Positions 1 to 9,747 are shown, counted from the first letter of the stretch. The stretch: DNA of 64,000 bases from Bacteroidales bacterium (GCA_017617125.1 JAFZWY010000008.1:153858-217857); one strand, 5' to 3'. The notes: a model not told the origin generated them from the sequence alone. Made by a program: numbers and translations.

Positions 1-350
1 TCTGCATCAGCCCAAAGCTGTTCGAGCTTGTAGAACTCGCGTGCTTCGGGTAGGAAAATGTGTACAACAACATCTACATAGTCCATCAATATCCACTCGC
101 TGTTTTCGAAACCTTCTTCTTTCCATGGCCTTTCCTTTAGTGTGCCGCGTGTCTGGTATCTGATGTAGTCGGCTAGCGTATTGGCATGGATAACCGAGTT
201 TGCCGTGCAAATTACAAAATACTTTGTTATATGGTTTTCAATGGCTTGCAAGTCCATATTGACGACATTTTCGCCTTTCTTGTCGAGAATTGCCTGATTG
301 ATAACTTCAAGCAGCTTCTGGGTGTCTTCTATTTCTGAAATTTTAATCAT
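1..350 (-). CDS. rsfS: Ribosomal silencing factor RsfS (3' end runs off the window edge)
   Basis: Not in the ORF track. Manual translation from ATG at 350 gives MIKISEIEDTQKLLEVINQAILDKKGENVVNMDL...FVICTANS...WILMDYVDVVVHIFLPEAREFYKLEQLWADA, with the typical RsfS/Iojap motifs. Confidence 0.93.
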   Translation of the reverse strand, partial: MIKISEIEDTQKLLEVINQAILDKKGENVVNMDLQAIENHITKYFVICTANSVIHANTLADYIRYQTRGTLKERPWKEEGFENSEWILMDYVDVVVHIFLPEAREFYKLEQLWADA

Positions 351-531
351 TACTTATATAAAAATTAGGGGACAAAGATAAGGAAAAATTTGAATGTTTC
401 AAGTTTCTGGTTTCATGTTTCTTGGTTATTGTCGTGTCGTGGCGCGCTGCGACTGTACAAGGTTCAATATTCAATAATTGTAGCGACGCAATGCGTTGCG
501 CCGGTTTGCAATGTGGTACGTTAAATGATTT

Positions 532-558
532 GTAGAGACGCGCCATGGCACGTCTCTA
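532..558. repeat. GTAG-type REP-like palindrome
   Basis: GTAGAGACG-CGCCATGGCA-CGTCTCTA hairpin; related copy at 63280-63307; degenerate copy near 480-500. Confidence 0.7.
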
Positions 559-665
559 AGATTCAGGAGGTAACGTTCGATGATTTGAAAATTTGAAAAT
601 TTGATGATTCGAAGGTTTCAAAAAAATCAATCTACAATCCGAATACGCCAATCGTAAATTATTAT

Positions 666-673
666 TAATTTTG
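666..673 (+). promoter_or_regulatory. Bacteroidota -7 promoter box (TAATTTTG)
   Basis: Matches the TAnnTTTG consensus, 16 bp upstream of the ATG at 690. Confidence 0.6.
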
Positions 674-689
674 CGCTCAAAGTTTTGCA

Positions 690-1529
690 ATGTCAGAAAA
701 GAAAAAACATAAGTTTTGGAGGTGGCTTACAAGGCCTTACCAGTTTGTGATATATCGCGAAGGTAATTTCGAGGTGCTGAAGAAGTTCCACATGAACAAG
801 ATCATATTTTCGCTAGTCATTGTGGCTATGTTTGTGATTTTCTTCGCGATTATTTCTGCTCTGGTGGTATATACGCCGCTTAAGTACCTCGTGCCGGGAT
901 ATCCCGATCACAAGACTTTGGAACAGATACGCGAAAATGCAATACGTGTCGACAGCCTGTCGACGGAGCTCGATGCGCGCGAGGAATATCTGAATATGAT
1001 CCGCGACATTATTTTTTCGGAAGTTCCAATCGATTCCGACTTCGCAGTTCCAGTTGCAAACCTTACCGAGGAGCAGATTCGCGAGTTCAACGACCCCACA
1101 AAGCCGCGACAGCGCTACGACGAGTCGGAGAATGTGAACGTGGTAAACAAGAATGACATTGTGCCGAATCTTTTTGTGCCGCTTAAAGGCATGATTGTTA
1201 ATGGATTCGACAAGACTAAGAGGCATTTCGGTGTCGATATTGCACCGACGTCGGACGATGCGGTGTTTGCCGTCCTGCAAGGCATTGTGATTGAAAGCAA
1301 CTATACTATCGAAAACGGCTATTCCATAATCTTGCAGCATCCGAGAGGCATCATTTCTGTGTATAAGCATTGCGCAAGTCCGATGGTTAAGGAAGGACAG
1401 AAGGTTCGCCAGGGAGAACAGATTGCCTTGTATGGAAATTCGGGTGAAAACACAAGCGGACCGCACCTGCATTTCGAACTGTGGCAGAACGGAGAGCCGC
1501 TTAATCCAAAGGATTATATTGAATTTTAA
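690..1529 (+). CDS. M23 family metallopeptidase with N-terminal membrane anchor
   Basis: HFGVD, YKH and GPHLHFE zinc-binding motifs; N-terminal TM segment; sits upstream of dxr as is common in Bacteroidota. Confidence 0.9.
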   Translation: MSEKKKHKFWRWLTRPYQFVIYREGNFEVLKKFHMNKIIFSLVIVAMFVIFFAIISALVVYTPLKYLVPGYPDHKTLEQIRENAIRVDSLSTELDAREEYLNMIRDIIFSEVPIDSDFAVPVANLTEEQIREFNDPTKPRQRYDESENVNVVNKNDIVPNLFVPLKGMIVNGFDKTKRHFGVDIAPTSDDAVFAVLQGIVIESNYTIENGYSIILQHPRGIISVYKHCASPMVKEGQKVRQGEQIALYGNSGENTSGPHLHFELWQNGEPLNPKDYIEF

Positions 1530-2704
1530 TGGAAAAGAAAGTAAAAAATATAGCAATTCTCGGTTCTACCGGCTCAATAGGAACTCAAGCTCTCGACATT
1601 ATACGCGACTATCCCGACAAGTTCTCGGCTGAGGTGCTTGTCGCCAATAACAATGCGCAGTTGCTTATTGCACAGGCACGCGAGTTCGAGCCCAATTTTG
1701 TGGTGATTGCCAACAAGGAGAAATATCCCGAAGTGCGCGATGCTCTTGCCGACTTGCCTATAAAGGTTTACGCTGGCTCGGAATCCATTCTCGATGTCGT
1801 AGTGATGGACTGTGTCGATATGGTTTTGGCGGCAATGGTTGGATTTGCTGGACTTCTGCCGACAATAAAGGCTATCGAGGCTGGGAAGGTGGTTGCTTTG
1901 GCAAACAAGGAGACGCTTGTGGTTGGCGGCAAGATTATATGCGACAAGCTGAAGGAAAGCGCCACGTCGTGTGTTTTGCCTGTCGATTCGGAGCACTCGG
2001 CAATTTTCCAGTGCCTGCGTGGCGAAAATATCGATGATGTTGAGAAACTGATTCTTACAGCATCGGGCGGACCGTTTTTCGGGAAAGATGTTGAGTTCTT
2101 GAAAAATGTTACAGCCGAGCAAGCGTTGAATCATCCCAACTGGAAGATGGGCAGCAAGGTTACAATCGATTCGGCATCGCTGATGAACAAGGGTTTTGAG
2201 GTTATCGAGGCGCATTGGTTGTTTGGTATTCCTGCCAACAGGATAGAGGTGCTTGTGCATCGTCAGTCGATAGTGCATTCTATGGTTGAGTTTTCCGATG
2301 CGTCGATAAAGGCGCAGATAGGTGCACCGAGCATGCGAATTCCTATTCAATATGCTTTCGACTATCCAAACAGGTCGTATTCGCCCAAGAATCGTTTTTC
2401 GTTTCTCGAACACGGATGCAATCTTACATTCGAAAAACCTGATACCAAAACGTTCCGCTGTTTGCAAATCGCCTACGATTGCATGTTGAAAGGTGGAAAT
2501 GCACCGTGCATAATGAATGCCGCCAACGAAATAGCCGTTGATGCCTTCCTAAAAGGCCGTATTGGTTTTATGCAAATTCCGGAAATAATAGAGTCTACCC
2601 TTGAAAAATTGCCTTTCGAGAGCAAAATTTCCATTGAATCGTGCTTTGCAACTGACAAGGAGGCTAGGCGAGTGGCCGAAGATCTTGTTGCATTTAATAG
2701 ATAA
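1529..2704 (+). CDS. dxr: 1-deoxy-D-xylulose-5-phosphate reductoisomerase
   Basis: GSTGSIG, LANKE, PVDSEH, TASGGPF, HPNWKMG and NKGFEVIEAH motifs. Confidence 0.97.
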   Translation: MEKKVKNIAILGSTGSIGTQALDIIRDYPDKFSAEVLVANNNAQLLIAQAREFEPNFVVIANKEKYPEVRDALADLPIKVYAGSESILDVVVMDCVDMVLAAMVGFAGLLPTIKAIEAGKVVALANKETLVVGGKIICDKLKESATSCVLPVDSEHSAIFQCLRGENIDDVEKLILTASGGPFFGKDVEFLKNVTAEQALNHPNWKMGSKVTIDSASLMNKGFEVIEAHWLFGIPANRIEVLVHRQSIVHSMVEFSDASIKAQIGAPSMRIPIQYAFDYPNRSYSPKNRFSFLEHGCNLTFEKPDTKTFRCLQIAYDCMLKGGNAPCIMNAANEIAVDAFLKGRIGFMQIPEIIESTLEKLPFESKISIESCFATDKEARRVAEDLVAFNR

Positions 2705-2796
2705 TGCAAAATAGCATTTAATAACCCCCTTTTTTATAAGTTATAAATCTGTATCTTATTAGTAATAAATAAGTTGAGTGTAATTGTATTAAAAAG

Positions 2797-2884
2797 ATTC
2801 CGCTGAAATCTATATTGAATATTAGCGGAATGTGTGTTTTAAAGTATAGATTCCGCTGAAATTTGAAAAATATTTTGGCGGAAT
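2797..2884. repeat. Direct repeat copy 1 (two ATTCCGCT-N19-(A/G)GCGGAAT palindromes) upstream of the ATPase gene
   Basis: 80/88 identical to 4358-4445 by manual alignment. Confidence 0.92.
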
Positions 2885-2927
2885 GTTGAAAAATATTTTT
2901 ACCTTTGTGGCATAAAATAGAATTAGT

Positions 2928-4346
2928 ATGAATGCAATGATTGTCGGTCGAGAGTTGGAATTGAGACAGTTGGCTCGTTACTACGGGTCCAAACAGTCGG
3001 AATTTGTAGCAGTTTATGGTCGTCGCAGGGTTGGAAAAACCTTTTTGGTCAGGAATGCTTTCCGGAAAATTGATTTCCAGTATGCAGCAATGATGAATGC
3101 TTCTAGACGCGAACAGCTGGTCGGATTTGCCAATGCTTTGCGAGAACAAGGTCTTGCCGATGTCGCCGAAATTGCATCGTGGCAGGAGGCTTTTGGCGAA
3201 CTGAAAAGACTAATAGTTGCCTTGCCAAAGTCACGCAAAAAAGTCATTTTCCTTGACGAACTGCCTTGGATGGACAAAACTGATGCAGTTTTTATGTCTG
3301 CGTTCGAGCATTTCTGGAACAGTTGGGCATCGGCACGCAAGGACATTATGCTTGTAGTTTGTGGTTCTGCCACATCGTGGATGATGGACAAGCTGATAAA
3401 CAACCGCGGAGGTCTGCACAACCGAATCACATTGCACATACGTCTCGAACCGTTCACGCTCAAGGAAACAGAACTTTATCTGAAATCACGGAAATTCCGC
3501 TGGGGGCGGGCGATGATTGCCGAATGTTACATGATTTTCGGTGGCGTGCCATATTATTTAAGTCTGCTTGACCCAGCTATGAGTCTTGCAAAAAATGTAG
3601 ATTTCCTATTCTTTAGGCAGAACGCCATACTCCGAGGTGAGTTCAACAACCTTTATGCGTCGCTGTTTACAAATTCCAAGTTGTATATAGGTATTGTTGA
3701 ACTGCTTGGAACAAAGAAAAAAGGTCTTTCGCGTGACGAGATTGTCAAAGGGTTGAAGTTGGCTGATGGAGGAACATTCACGAAGGCTTTGGCTGACTTG
3801 GAAAACTGTGGTTTCATTCGTTGCTATACGCCATTTGACAAGAAAAAGAAGACCGCTTTGTTCCAACTGGTTGATTTTTACACATTGTTTTACTTGAATT
3901 TCATTTGGGAGCGCAAGATTAACGAAGAAGAATTCTGGTCGAAAAATATGCGGTCTTCATTGCGCAATGCTTGGATTGGGTATGCGTTTGAACAACTATG
4001 TCTGGCGCATGTAAGGCAGATAAAGCAAGGACTGGGCATTTCGGGAGTAATCACAAATGTATATTCGTGGCGCAGTAACAAACAAGATGGCGGTGCACAA
4101 ATCGACCTTGTCATTGACAGGAACGACAATTCCATAACGCTATGTGAGATGAAATGGACGAACAAACCTTATTCTATAACTGCCGCCTACGAGAAAAATC
4201 TCAACAACAAGGTTGAAACTTTCATTGAAGAAAACGAAACTGGCAAGTCTGTATTTCTTACAATGGTAACTATGCAGGGTGTTTTACCTAATTCTCATTC
4301 TCAAATTTTAGATAATAATTTGATATTAAACGATTTATTTGTATAA
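2928..4346 (+). CDS. AAA-family ATP-binding protein with wHTH-like middle region and C-terminal PD-(D/E)XK-like domain (ATPase_2/DUF234-like)
   Basis: Walker A GRRRVGKT, Walker B IFLDE, VCGSA, GGVPYYL, and C-terminal QIDLVI...LCEMKW. Confidence 0.85.
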   Translation: MNAMIVGRELELRQLARYYGSKQSEFVAVYGRRRVGKTFLVRNAFRKIDFQYAAMMNASRREQLVGFANALREQGLADVAEIASWQEAFGELKRLIVALPKSRKKVIFLDELPWMDKTDAVFMSAFEHFWNSWASARKDIMLVVCGSATSWMMDKLINNRGGLHNRITLHIRLEPFTLKETELYLKSRKFRWGRAMIAECYMIFGGVPYYLSLLDPAMSLAKNVDFLFFRQNAILRGEFNNLYASLFTNSKLYIGIVELLGTKKKGLSRDEIVKGLKLADGGTFTKALADLENCGFIRCYTPFDKKKKTALFQLVDFYTLFYLNFIWERKINEEEFWSKNMRSSLRNAWIGYAFEQLCLAHVRQIKQGLGISGVITNVYSWRSNKQDGGAQIDLVIDRNDNSITLCEMKWTNKPYSITAAYEKNLNNKVETFIEENETGKSVFLTMVTMQGVLPNSHSQILDNNLILNDLFV

Positions 4347-4357
4347 TATTAAAAAAG

Positions 4358-4445
4358 ATTCCGCTGAAATTCATATTGAATATCAGCGGAATGTATGTTT
4401 GGAAATATAGATTCCGCTGAAATATGAAAAATATTTTGGCGGAAT
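4358..4445. repeat. Direct repeat copy 2, just after the ATPase stop codon
   Basis: Same palindrome pair and the same 53-bp spacing as 2797-2884. Confidence 0.92.
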
Positions 4446-4457
4446 ATTTAGTTGCTG

Positions 4458-4952
4458 TTATTCGAAAAACTCTTCCGACCAGCCGTGTCCCAAATCCCAA
4501 TGTACATCTACTACAAAATCGAAATCTGACGGTAGATTGAATTCATCCTCAAGGGTTTCGCGAAACTTCTCTATGTCAATGCTATTAAGCCAGTGACCGA
4601 CGTAAACTTGGAATTTGCCGTCTGCTTCGTTTTGGAAAATTCTGCCACGCGGTATCATTGTGTAGTTGCTTTCAGTATAGAATATTGACGAAGTGTCTCC
4701 TTTTGCTGTAGCGCGATGATGCTGCTTTTGCCAATAGGTTTTGTGCAATTTGTTGATAGTGGCTTTTCCGTTTATGAAAATAGCTTTGTCGGCATCTGTT
4801 TTTTCAACTCCGAACAAAGAATTGTCAGCAATGTCGTACCAGAAAATGCCAACCTTTGGTTTCCCATTGTCCATAAATCCAGACATGATTTCGATGAGTT
4901 CATCATGTTCTTGTTCGTCAGTGTGTTTTATGCCTTTATCGTCAGTAGTCAT
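4458..4952 (-). CDS. Hypothetical protein (164 aa)
   Basis: ATG-started ORF with protein-like composition (VGIFWYD, HKTYW, IPRGRIF, HWDLGHGW); TAATTTTG box upstream. Confidence 0.7.
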   Translation of the reverse strand: MTTDDKGIKHTDEQEHDELIEIMSGFMDNGKPKVGIFWYDIADNSLFGVEKTDADKAIFINGKATINKLHKTYWQKQHHRATAKGDTSSIFYTESNYTMIPRGRIFQNEADGKFQVYVGHWLNSIDIEKFRETLEDEFNLPSDFDFVVDVHWDLGHGWSEEFFE

Positions 4953-5003
4953 TTTGAATGGAAATAATCTTTTGCAAAATTAGCAAAAAGTATGATACGG
5001 CAA

Positions 5004-5033
5004 CAAAAAAAGCCGCAATTACGCGGCTTTTTT
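5004..5033. terminator. Intrinsic terminator downstream of glyA
   Basis: AAAAAAAAGCCGC-AATTAC-GCGGCTTTTTT hairpin with A and T tails. Confidence 0.8.
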
Positions 5034-5051
5034 ATTGTGATTTTCAATTTT

Positions 5052-6332
5052 CTACCATGCGAAAAGCGGGTAGTTTGCCATCATCTTGTTAACTTCGGCA
5101 CGAACCTCAGCGATAACGGTTTCGTTTTCAGGATCGCAGAGAACGCGGTCGATAAGGTCAACGATAACAGCCATCTTGTCTTCCTTTACGCCACGGGTTG
5201 TGATAGCCGGGGTTCCGAAACGCAAACCTGAGGTCTGGAATGGGCTGCGGGTATCGAAAGGAACCATGTTCTTGTTGGTAGTAATGTCGGCAGCAACAAG
5301 AGCCTTTTCAGCAACCTTACCGGTGAGTTCCGGGAACTTGGTGCGGAGGTCAACAAGCATAGAGTGGTTGTCGGTTCCGCCGCTGACGATCTTGTAACCC
5401 TTTGCCATGAAAGCATCAGCCAAAGCAGCAGCATTCTTCTTAACCTGCTTCTGGTATTCCTTGAATTCTGGAGTGAGAGCCTCGCCGAAAGCAACAGCCT
5501 TAGCAGCGATAACGTGCTCCAATGGACCGCCCTGGCAGCCTGGGAATACTGCAGAGTCGAGCAATGCCGACATCATCTTTACTTCGCCCTTTGGAGTCTT
5601 CTTGCCCCAAGGATTCGGGAAGTCCTGGCCCATCATGATGACACCGCCACGAGGACCACGGAGGGTCTTGTGAGTAGTTGTAGTTACGATGTGAGCATAC
5701 TTAACTGGGTTTTCGAGCAAGCCGGCAGCGATAAGACCTGCAGGGTGCGACATATCAACCATAAAGATTGCACCGATTTCGTCGGCAACCTTGCGGATGC
5801 GAGCGTAATCCCATTCGCGGCTGTAAGCAGAAGCACCAGCGATGATGAGTTTCGGCTTGTTTTCGCGTGCAACGCGTTCGAGCTGGTCGTAATCGACGCG
5901 ACCGTCGCTTTCCTTTACGTTGTATTCCAATGCCTTGTAGTTGATACCCGACATATTTACTGGTGAACCGTGTGAAAGGTGTCCGCCGTGTGCGAGGTTA
6001 AGACCGAGGAAGGTGTCGCCAACATTGAGGCATGCAAGGAAAACAGCCATGTTTGCCTGTGCGCCCGAGTGTGGCTGTACGTTTGCCCAGCAAGCGCCGA
6101 AGATCTTTTTCAGTCTTTCGATAGCGAGGGTTTCGCTCTGGTCAACAACTTCGCAACCACCATAGTAACGCTTTCCTGGATAACCTTCAGCGTACTTGTT
6201 TGTCATTACCGAACCCATAGCTTCCATTACCTGGTCGCTAACAAAGTTTTCCGATGCGATGAGCTCGATGCCCTTCATCTGTCTTTCTCTTTCCTTCTTT
6301 ATAAGGTCGAAAATTTGTTCATCTCTAACCAT
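5052..6332 (-). CDS. glyA: Serine hydroxymethyltransferase
   Basis: [29 protein letters not shown] and [13 protein letters not shown] motifs. Confidence 0.98.
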   Translation of the reverse strand: MVRDEQIFDLIKKERERQMKGIELIASENFVSDQVMEAMGSVMTNKYAEGYPGKRYYGGCEVVDQSETLAIERLKKIFGACWANVQPHSGAQANMAVFLACLNVGDTFLGLNLAHGGHLSHGSPVNMSGINYKALEYNVKESDGRVDYDQLERVARENKPKLIIAGASAYSREWDYARIRKVADEIGAIFMVDMSHPAGLIAAGLLENPVKYAHIVTTTTHKTLRGPRGGVIMMGQDFPNPWGKKTPKGEVKMMSALLDSAVFPGCQGGPLEHVIAAKAVAFGEALTPEFKEYQKQVKKNAAALADAFMAKGYKIVSGGTDNHSMLVDLRTKFPELTGKVAEKALVAADITTNKNMVPFDTRSPFQTSGLRFGTPAITTRGVKEDKMAVIVDLIDRVLCDPENETVIAEVRAEVNKMMANYPLFAW

Positions 6333-6590
6333 GATATTTTATTTTAATATGTGTTTTAAAAATTTTCGGCAAATGTAATAATTATTTGTCACATCGCAGA
6401 TTAGTTTTCTTATTGTTTTTCAACATAGATGGAGTGGGTGAGAAATGTTTTATTCCAACAATTTCAAAAGCCAGATTCGTAGAAGTTGCATATCAATAAA
6501 AACGTTATGCAACCGAAGCTGGGGCAGAAGAGTGCCTGATATTGCTAATTGTTTGAATTATAGTAAATTGGGTTTGTTAAGCTTCTTTCA

Positions 6591-6640
6591 AAAACGGAAT
6601 AAGTGGTAATTTTTGCCCTTAAAAAAATGGAATAAGTGGT
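6591..6640. repeat. Pair of 17-bp direct repeats, 33 bp apart
   Basis: AAAACGGAATAAGTGGT (6591-6607) and AAAATGGAATAAGTGGT (6624-6640). Confidence 0.75.
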
Positions 6641-6847
6641 TTTTTGTTTTGCAAAATGTCACTAAATAATAATGTAATTGGCGACGTCATCGAGATGTAT
6701 AGATTGGGGGCGTATGTTATTGCAGCAAAAAAGATATATAATTGTTTAAAAGTAAAAGAAGCGAAAAGTTGTACTCGTAATAGAAAGTGTGTATTTTTGT
6801 ACCCTAAATAATTACTACTTAATCCGGGATATATAAGTGCTAATTTT

Positions 6848-8923
6848 ATGAACGAACGCTTTTTCTATCGAAATTCCATACGAGATTTTCTTCTACAAAA
6901 TGAACTTGAAATATTTGGTATCATAGCTGGAAATGATGAGTATGATACAGGGGATACGCAAAAGATTGCATGGAAAGAGGAAATAAAGCTTTTAAAGAAG
7001 GTGTTAGCATCATATAAAAGCGAAGATGGCTGGGTAATTTTTGAATATACAATACCACGTTTAGGAAAGAGAATAGATGTAGTGGTTTTGCTGCGAGAGC
7101 GAGTGTTCATTCTTGAATTTAAGGTTGGTGAAATGAATTTTAACCATCAAGATGTAGATCAAGTGATGGATTATGCTCTTGATTTGAAGAATTTTCATCA
7201 AGGTAGTGCTGATAGATTCATTGTCCCTATTTTGGTTGCAACTGTCAGTAAGGATTCTTCTGCAGAACTTAAGTTGTCGCATTATAATGATGGCATATAT
7301 GAACCATTAAGGACAAATTCTGAAGGATTGTCAAGCGTCGTAAAAATGGTTCTAGAACAAGACATTCCGGAATATGCAGGCGATGTTCCGATGAGAGACT
7401 GGGTAAAGAGTCGATATGCTCCTACGCCAACTATCATAGAAGCTGCAAGTGCATTATATTCACAACATAGTGTCGATGAGATAACTCGTCATGAAGCAGA
7501 GGGAGAACAATTGGATAGGACAACAGAATATGTTCTGAAAGTTATTCACGAAACGAAATTACGTGGAGGAAAAAGTATTTGCTTTGTGACGGGAGTTCCG
7601 GGGGCTGGAAAAACATTGGTAGGTTTAAACGTAGCTATTAAACAATTGTCGCATGAAGAAGGGGAGAAGCCTGATTTGGCAGTATACTTGTCTGGGAACG
7701 GACCTTTGGTAAGTGTGTTGACAGAGGCTTTGGCTAGAGATCGTAAGCGACAGAAAAACGAACAAGGAGAAAAATATAACATAACTGATGCTCGTCGAGA
7801 AGTAGGTCAATTTATACAAATAATTCACCGATATCGTGATAATATGCTTCAGAAATTGCGCACACCAATCGTTGGGAAAAAGATAGAAATTGATCCGCAA
7901 AAAGAACTTAAAGATAAAACGGCTGGATATGCAGAAGTGGAAAATATTGCCATTTTTGATGAGGCACAACGTTCATGGGATCAAGAGCATATTTCGAGTT
8001 GGCTAAAGCGTAAGAAGGGAATACAGGATTTCCCAATGTCAGAAGGAGAATTCCTGATATGGTCTTTGGACCAAAGAAAGGATTGGGCAGTAATAGTTTG
8101 TCTTGTTGGAGGCGGACAGGAAATAAATACTGGAGAAGCTGGCATTGGCGAATGGATTAGATCAATGAATGAAACCTTCCCAGAATGGCGAGTATATATA
8201 TCTAATCAACTAACGGCAAAAGAATATGCAGAAGGTAAGATTGAAGAGTTGCTCTCTAAAAATCCTAATGTATTATATTCAGAAGATTTGCATTTAGCCG
8301 TTTCTATGCGTTCTTTTAGAGCTGAGAGTTTGTCGAATATGATACACCATTTGTTGGATTGTGAGATTAACAAAGTTATAGAAAATTATGCAAAAATTAA
8401 AGATCGCTATCCCATTGTATTAACAAGGGATATTAATGTTGCAAAACAGTGGTTGAGGAACAAAGCAAGGGGTAGTGAACGATACGGAATGTTAGTTTCT
8501 TCAAAAGCATATAGATTGAAACCGTTAGCCATAGATGTAAGGTGTAAGCCAGATACTGTACATTGGTTTCTTGATGATATTGATGATGTGCGTTCATCAT
8601 TATTTTTAGAAGATGCTGCAAGTGAATTTGATATTCAAGGATTGGAACTAGATTGGACATGTTTGGTCTGGGATGGCGATTTACGATATAATGATGGAAA
8701 ATGGGAATTTTATGAGTTTAATGGTGGTAATCGATGGAATCGTATAAATAAAGAAGAACGAAAACTTTATCAGCTGAATGCATACAGAGTTCTTCTTACC
8801 CGTGCTCGTCAAGGAATGGTAATTTGTGTTCCTGAAGGAAATAATGATGACAATACAAGAAAATCTGAATTTTACGATGGAACGTATATGTATCTAAAGT
8901 CAATAGGTTTAGAAGAAATTTAA
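6848..8923 (+). CDS. DUF2075-type (Schlafen group 3-like) helicase with N-terminal PD-(D/E)XK-like nuclease
   Basis: RIDVVVL...ILEFK nuclease motif; GVPGAGKT Walker A; IFDEAQ Walker B; QGLELD and YRVLLTRAR helicase motifs; AT-rich DNA. Confidence 0.82.
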   Translation: MNERFFYRNSIRDFLLQNELEIFGIIAGNDEYDTGDTQKIAWKEEIKLLKKVLASYKSEDGWVIFEYTIPRLGKRIDVVVLLRERVFILEFKVGEMNFNHQDVDQVMDYALDLKNFHQGSADRFIVPILVATVSKDSSAELKLSHYNDGIYEPLRTNSEGLSSVVKMVLEQDIPEYAGDVPMRDWVKSRYAPTPTIIEAASALYSQHSVDEITRHEAEGEQLDRTTEYVLKVIHETKLRGGKSICFVTGVPGAGKTLVGLNVAIKQLSHEEGEKPDLAVYLSGNGPLVSVLTEALARDRKRQKNEQGEKYNITDARREVGQFIQIIHRYRDNMLQKLRTPIVGKKIEIDPQKELKDKTAGYAEVENIAIFDEAQRSWDQEHISSWLKRKKGIQDFPMSEGEFLIWSLDQRKDWAVIVCLVGGGQEINTGEAGIGEWIRSMNETFPEWRVYISNQLTAKEYAEGKIEELLSKNPNVLYSEDLHLAVSMRSFRAESLSNMIHHLLDCEINKVIENYAKIKDRYPIVLTRDINVAKQWLRNKARGSERYGMLVSSKAYRLKPLAIDVRCKPDTVHWFLDDIDDVRSSLFLEDAASEFDIQGLELDWTCLVWDGDLRYNDGKWEFYEFNGGNRWNRINKEERKLYQLNAYRVLLTRARQGMVICVPEGNNDDNTRKSEFYDGTYMYLKSIGLEEI

Positions 8924-8934
8924 CAATTTATATC

Positions 8935-9192
8935 ATGGATAATAAGTATTCTGATTTGTGGAGTTTTATCGCAACTAATCTTCCTAATTATAGTTCGCGC
9001 GATGACGTTTTAAGAAGTGATATTTTGTTTCGATTTCTTAACAATGAAGATGTTGATGAATCTGACAAACAATGGATAAAACAAGAATTTGGGAATGATA
9101 TTAATTTAATTAAACAGGAATGCTTTCGGTTTGATCTAAAATTTCTTTCAGAATCATTAGAGTCGTACTATTCACGTCTAGCACAGATATAA
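8935..9192 (+). CDS. Hypothetical protein (85 aa)
   Basis: ORF fits tightly between the helicase (11-bp gap) and the Nudix gene (1-bp gap). Confidence 0.7.
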   Translation: MDNKYSDLWSFIATNLPNYSSRDDVLRSDILFRFLNNEDVDESDKQWIKQEFGNDINLIKQECFRFDLKFLSESLESYYSRLAQI

Positions 9193-9193
9193 A

Positions 9194-9589
9194 ATGGTAG
9201 TTGTAGCAGCCATTATTCATGATAATAACAATCTAATTTTCGCAACTCAACGTGGTAACGGAGATTGGAAGGATTGGTGGGAATTCCCTGGCGGAAAAAT
9301 TGAAGCAGGAGAAACTCCAGAAGTTGCTTTAAAACGAGAGATTTTGGAGGAATTGGATACAAAAATTGCCGTTGAAAGATTTATTGATACAGTAGAATGG
9401 GATTATCCTAAATTTCATTTGACAATGCATTGTTATTGGTGTGAAGTTGTCGAGGGAGATTTATCATTATTGGAACATGAAGCTGCACGATGGCTTTCAT
9501 TTGAACAACTATATAGCGTAAAATGGTTGCCTGCCGATGAGGTTGTTATAGATAAACTAAAAGCTCAACTATCAGCAATTTCCGAATAG
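9194..9589 (+). CDS. Nudix hydrolase, MutT/NudG-like (d)NTP pyrophosphohydrolase
   Basis: Nudix box WEFPGGKIEAGETPEVALKREILEEL; C-terminal WLPAD. Confidence 0.92.
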   Translation: MVVVAAIIHDNNNLIFATQRGNGDWKDWWEFPGGKIEAGETPEVALKREILEELDTKIAVERFIDTVEWDYPKFHLTMHCYWCEVVEGDLSLLEHEAARWLSFEQLYSVKWLPADEVVIDKLKAQLSAISE

Positions 9590-9611
9590 TTCAATCATTT
9601 TTTTTCTCGTC

Positions 9612-9679
9612 CCAAATCACATTTTCCCCCAAAGCAATAGGTTTTCAAATTCGAATGCGGGGTGGAAAATAAATGGAGA
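9612..9679. repeat. ~70-bp upstream element, copy 1 (before fic)
   Basis: CCAAATCACATT...AAAGCAATAG...TGCGGGGTGGAAAATAAATGGAGA, shared with 10856-10925. Confidence 0.85.
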
Positions 9680-9747
9680 GCTATTTATGAAATATTATGT
9701 ATTTTTGTGCGATAAAAATGCCGATCCTGTAGCGATAAATAAATTGT

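Noticed and set aside
643-663. Possible WYL box ATACGCC upstream of the M23 gene
   Set aside because: Only a half-site; there is no matching right arm at N7 spacing and it lies in a short-repeat tract.
2797-4445. Classical IS element
   Set aside because: The ends are direct rather than terminal inverted repeats, and the ORF shows no DDE, HUH or recombinase motifs.
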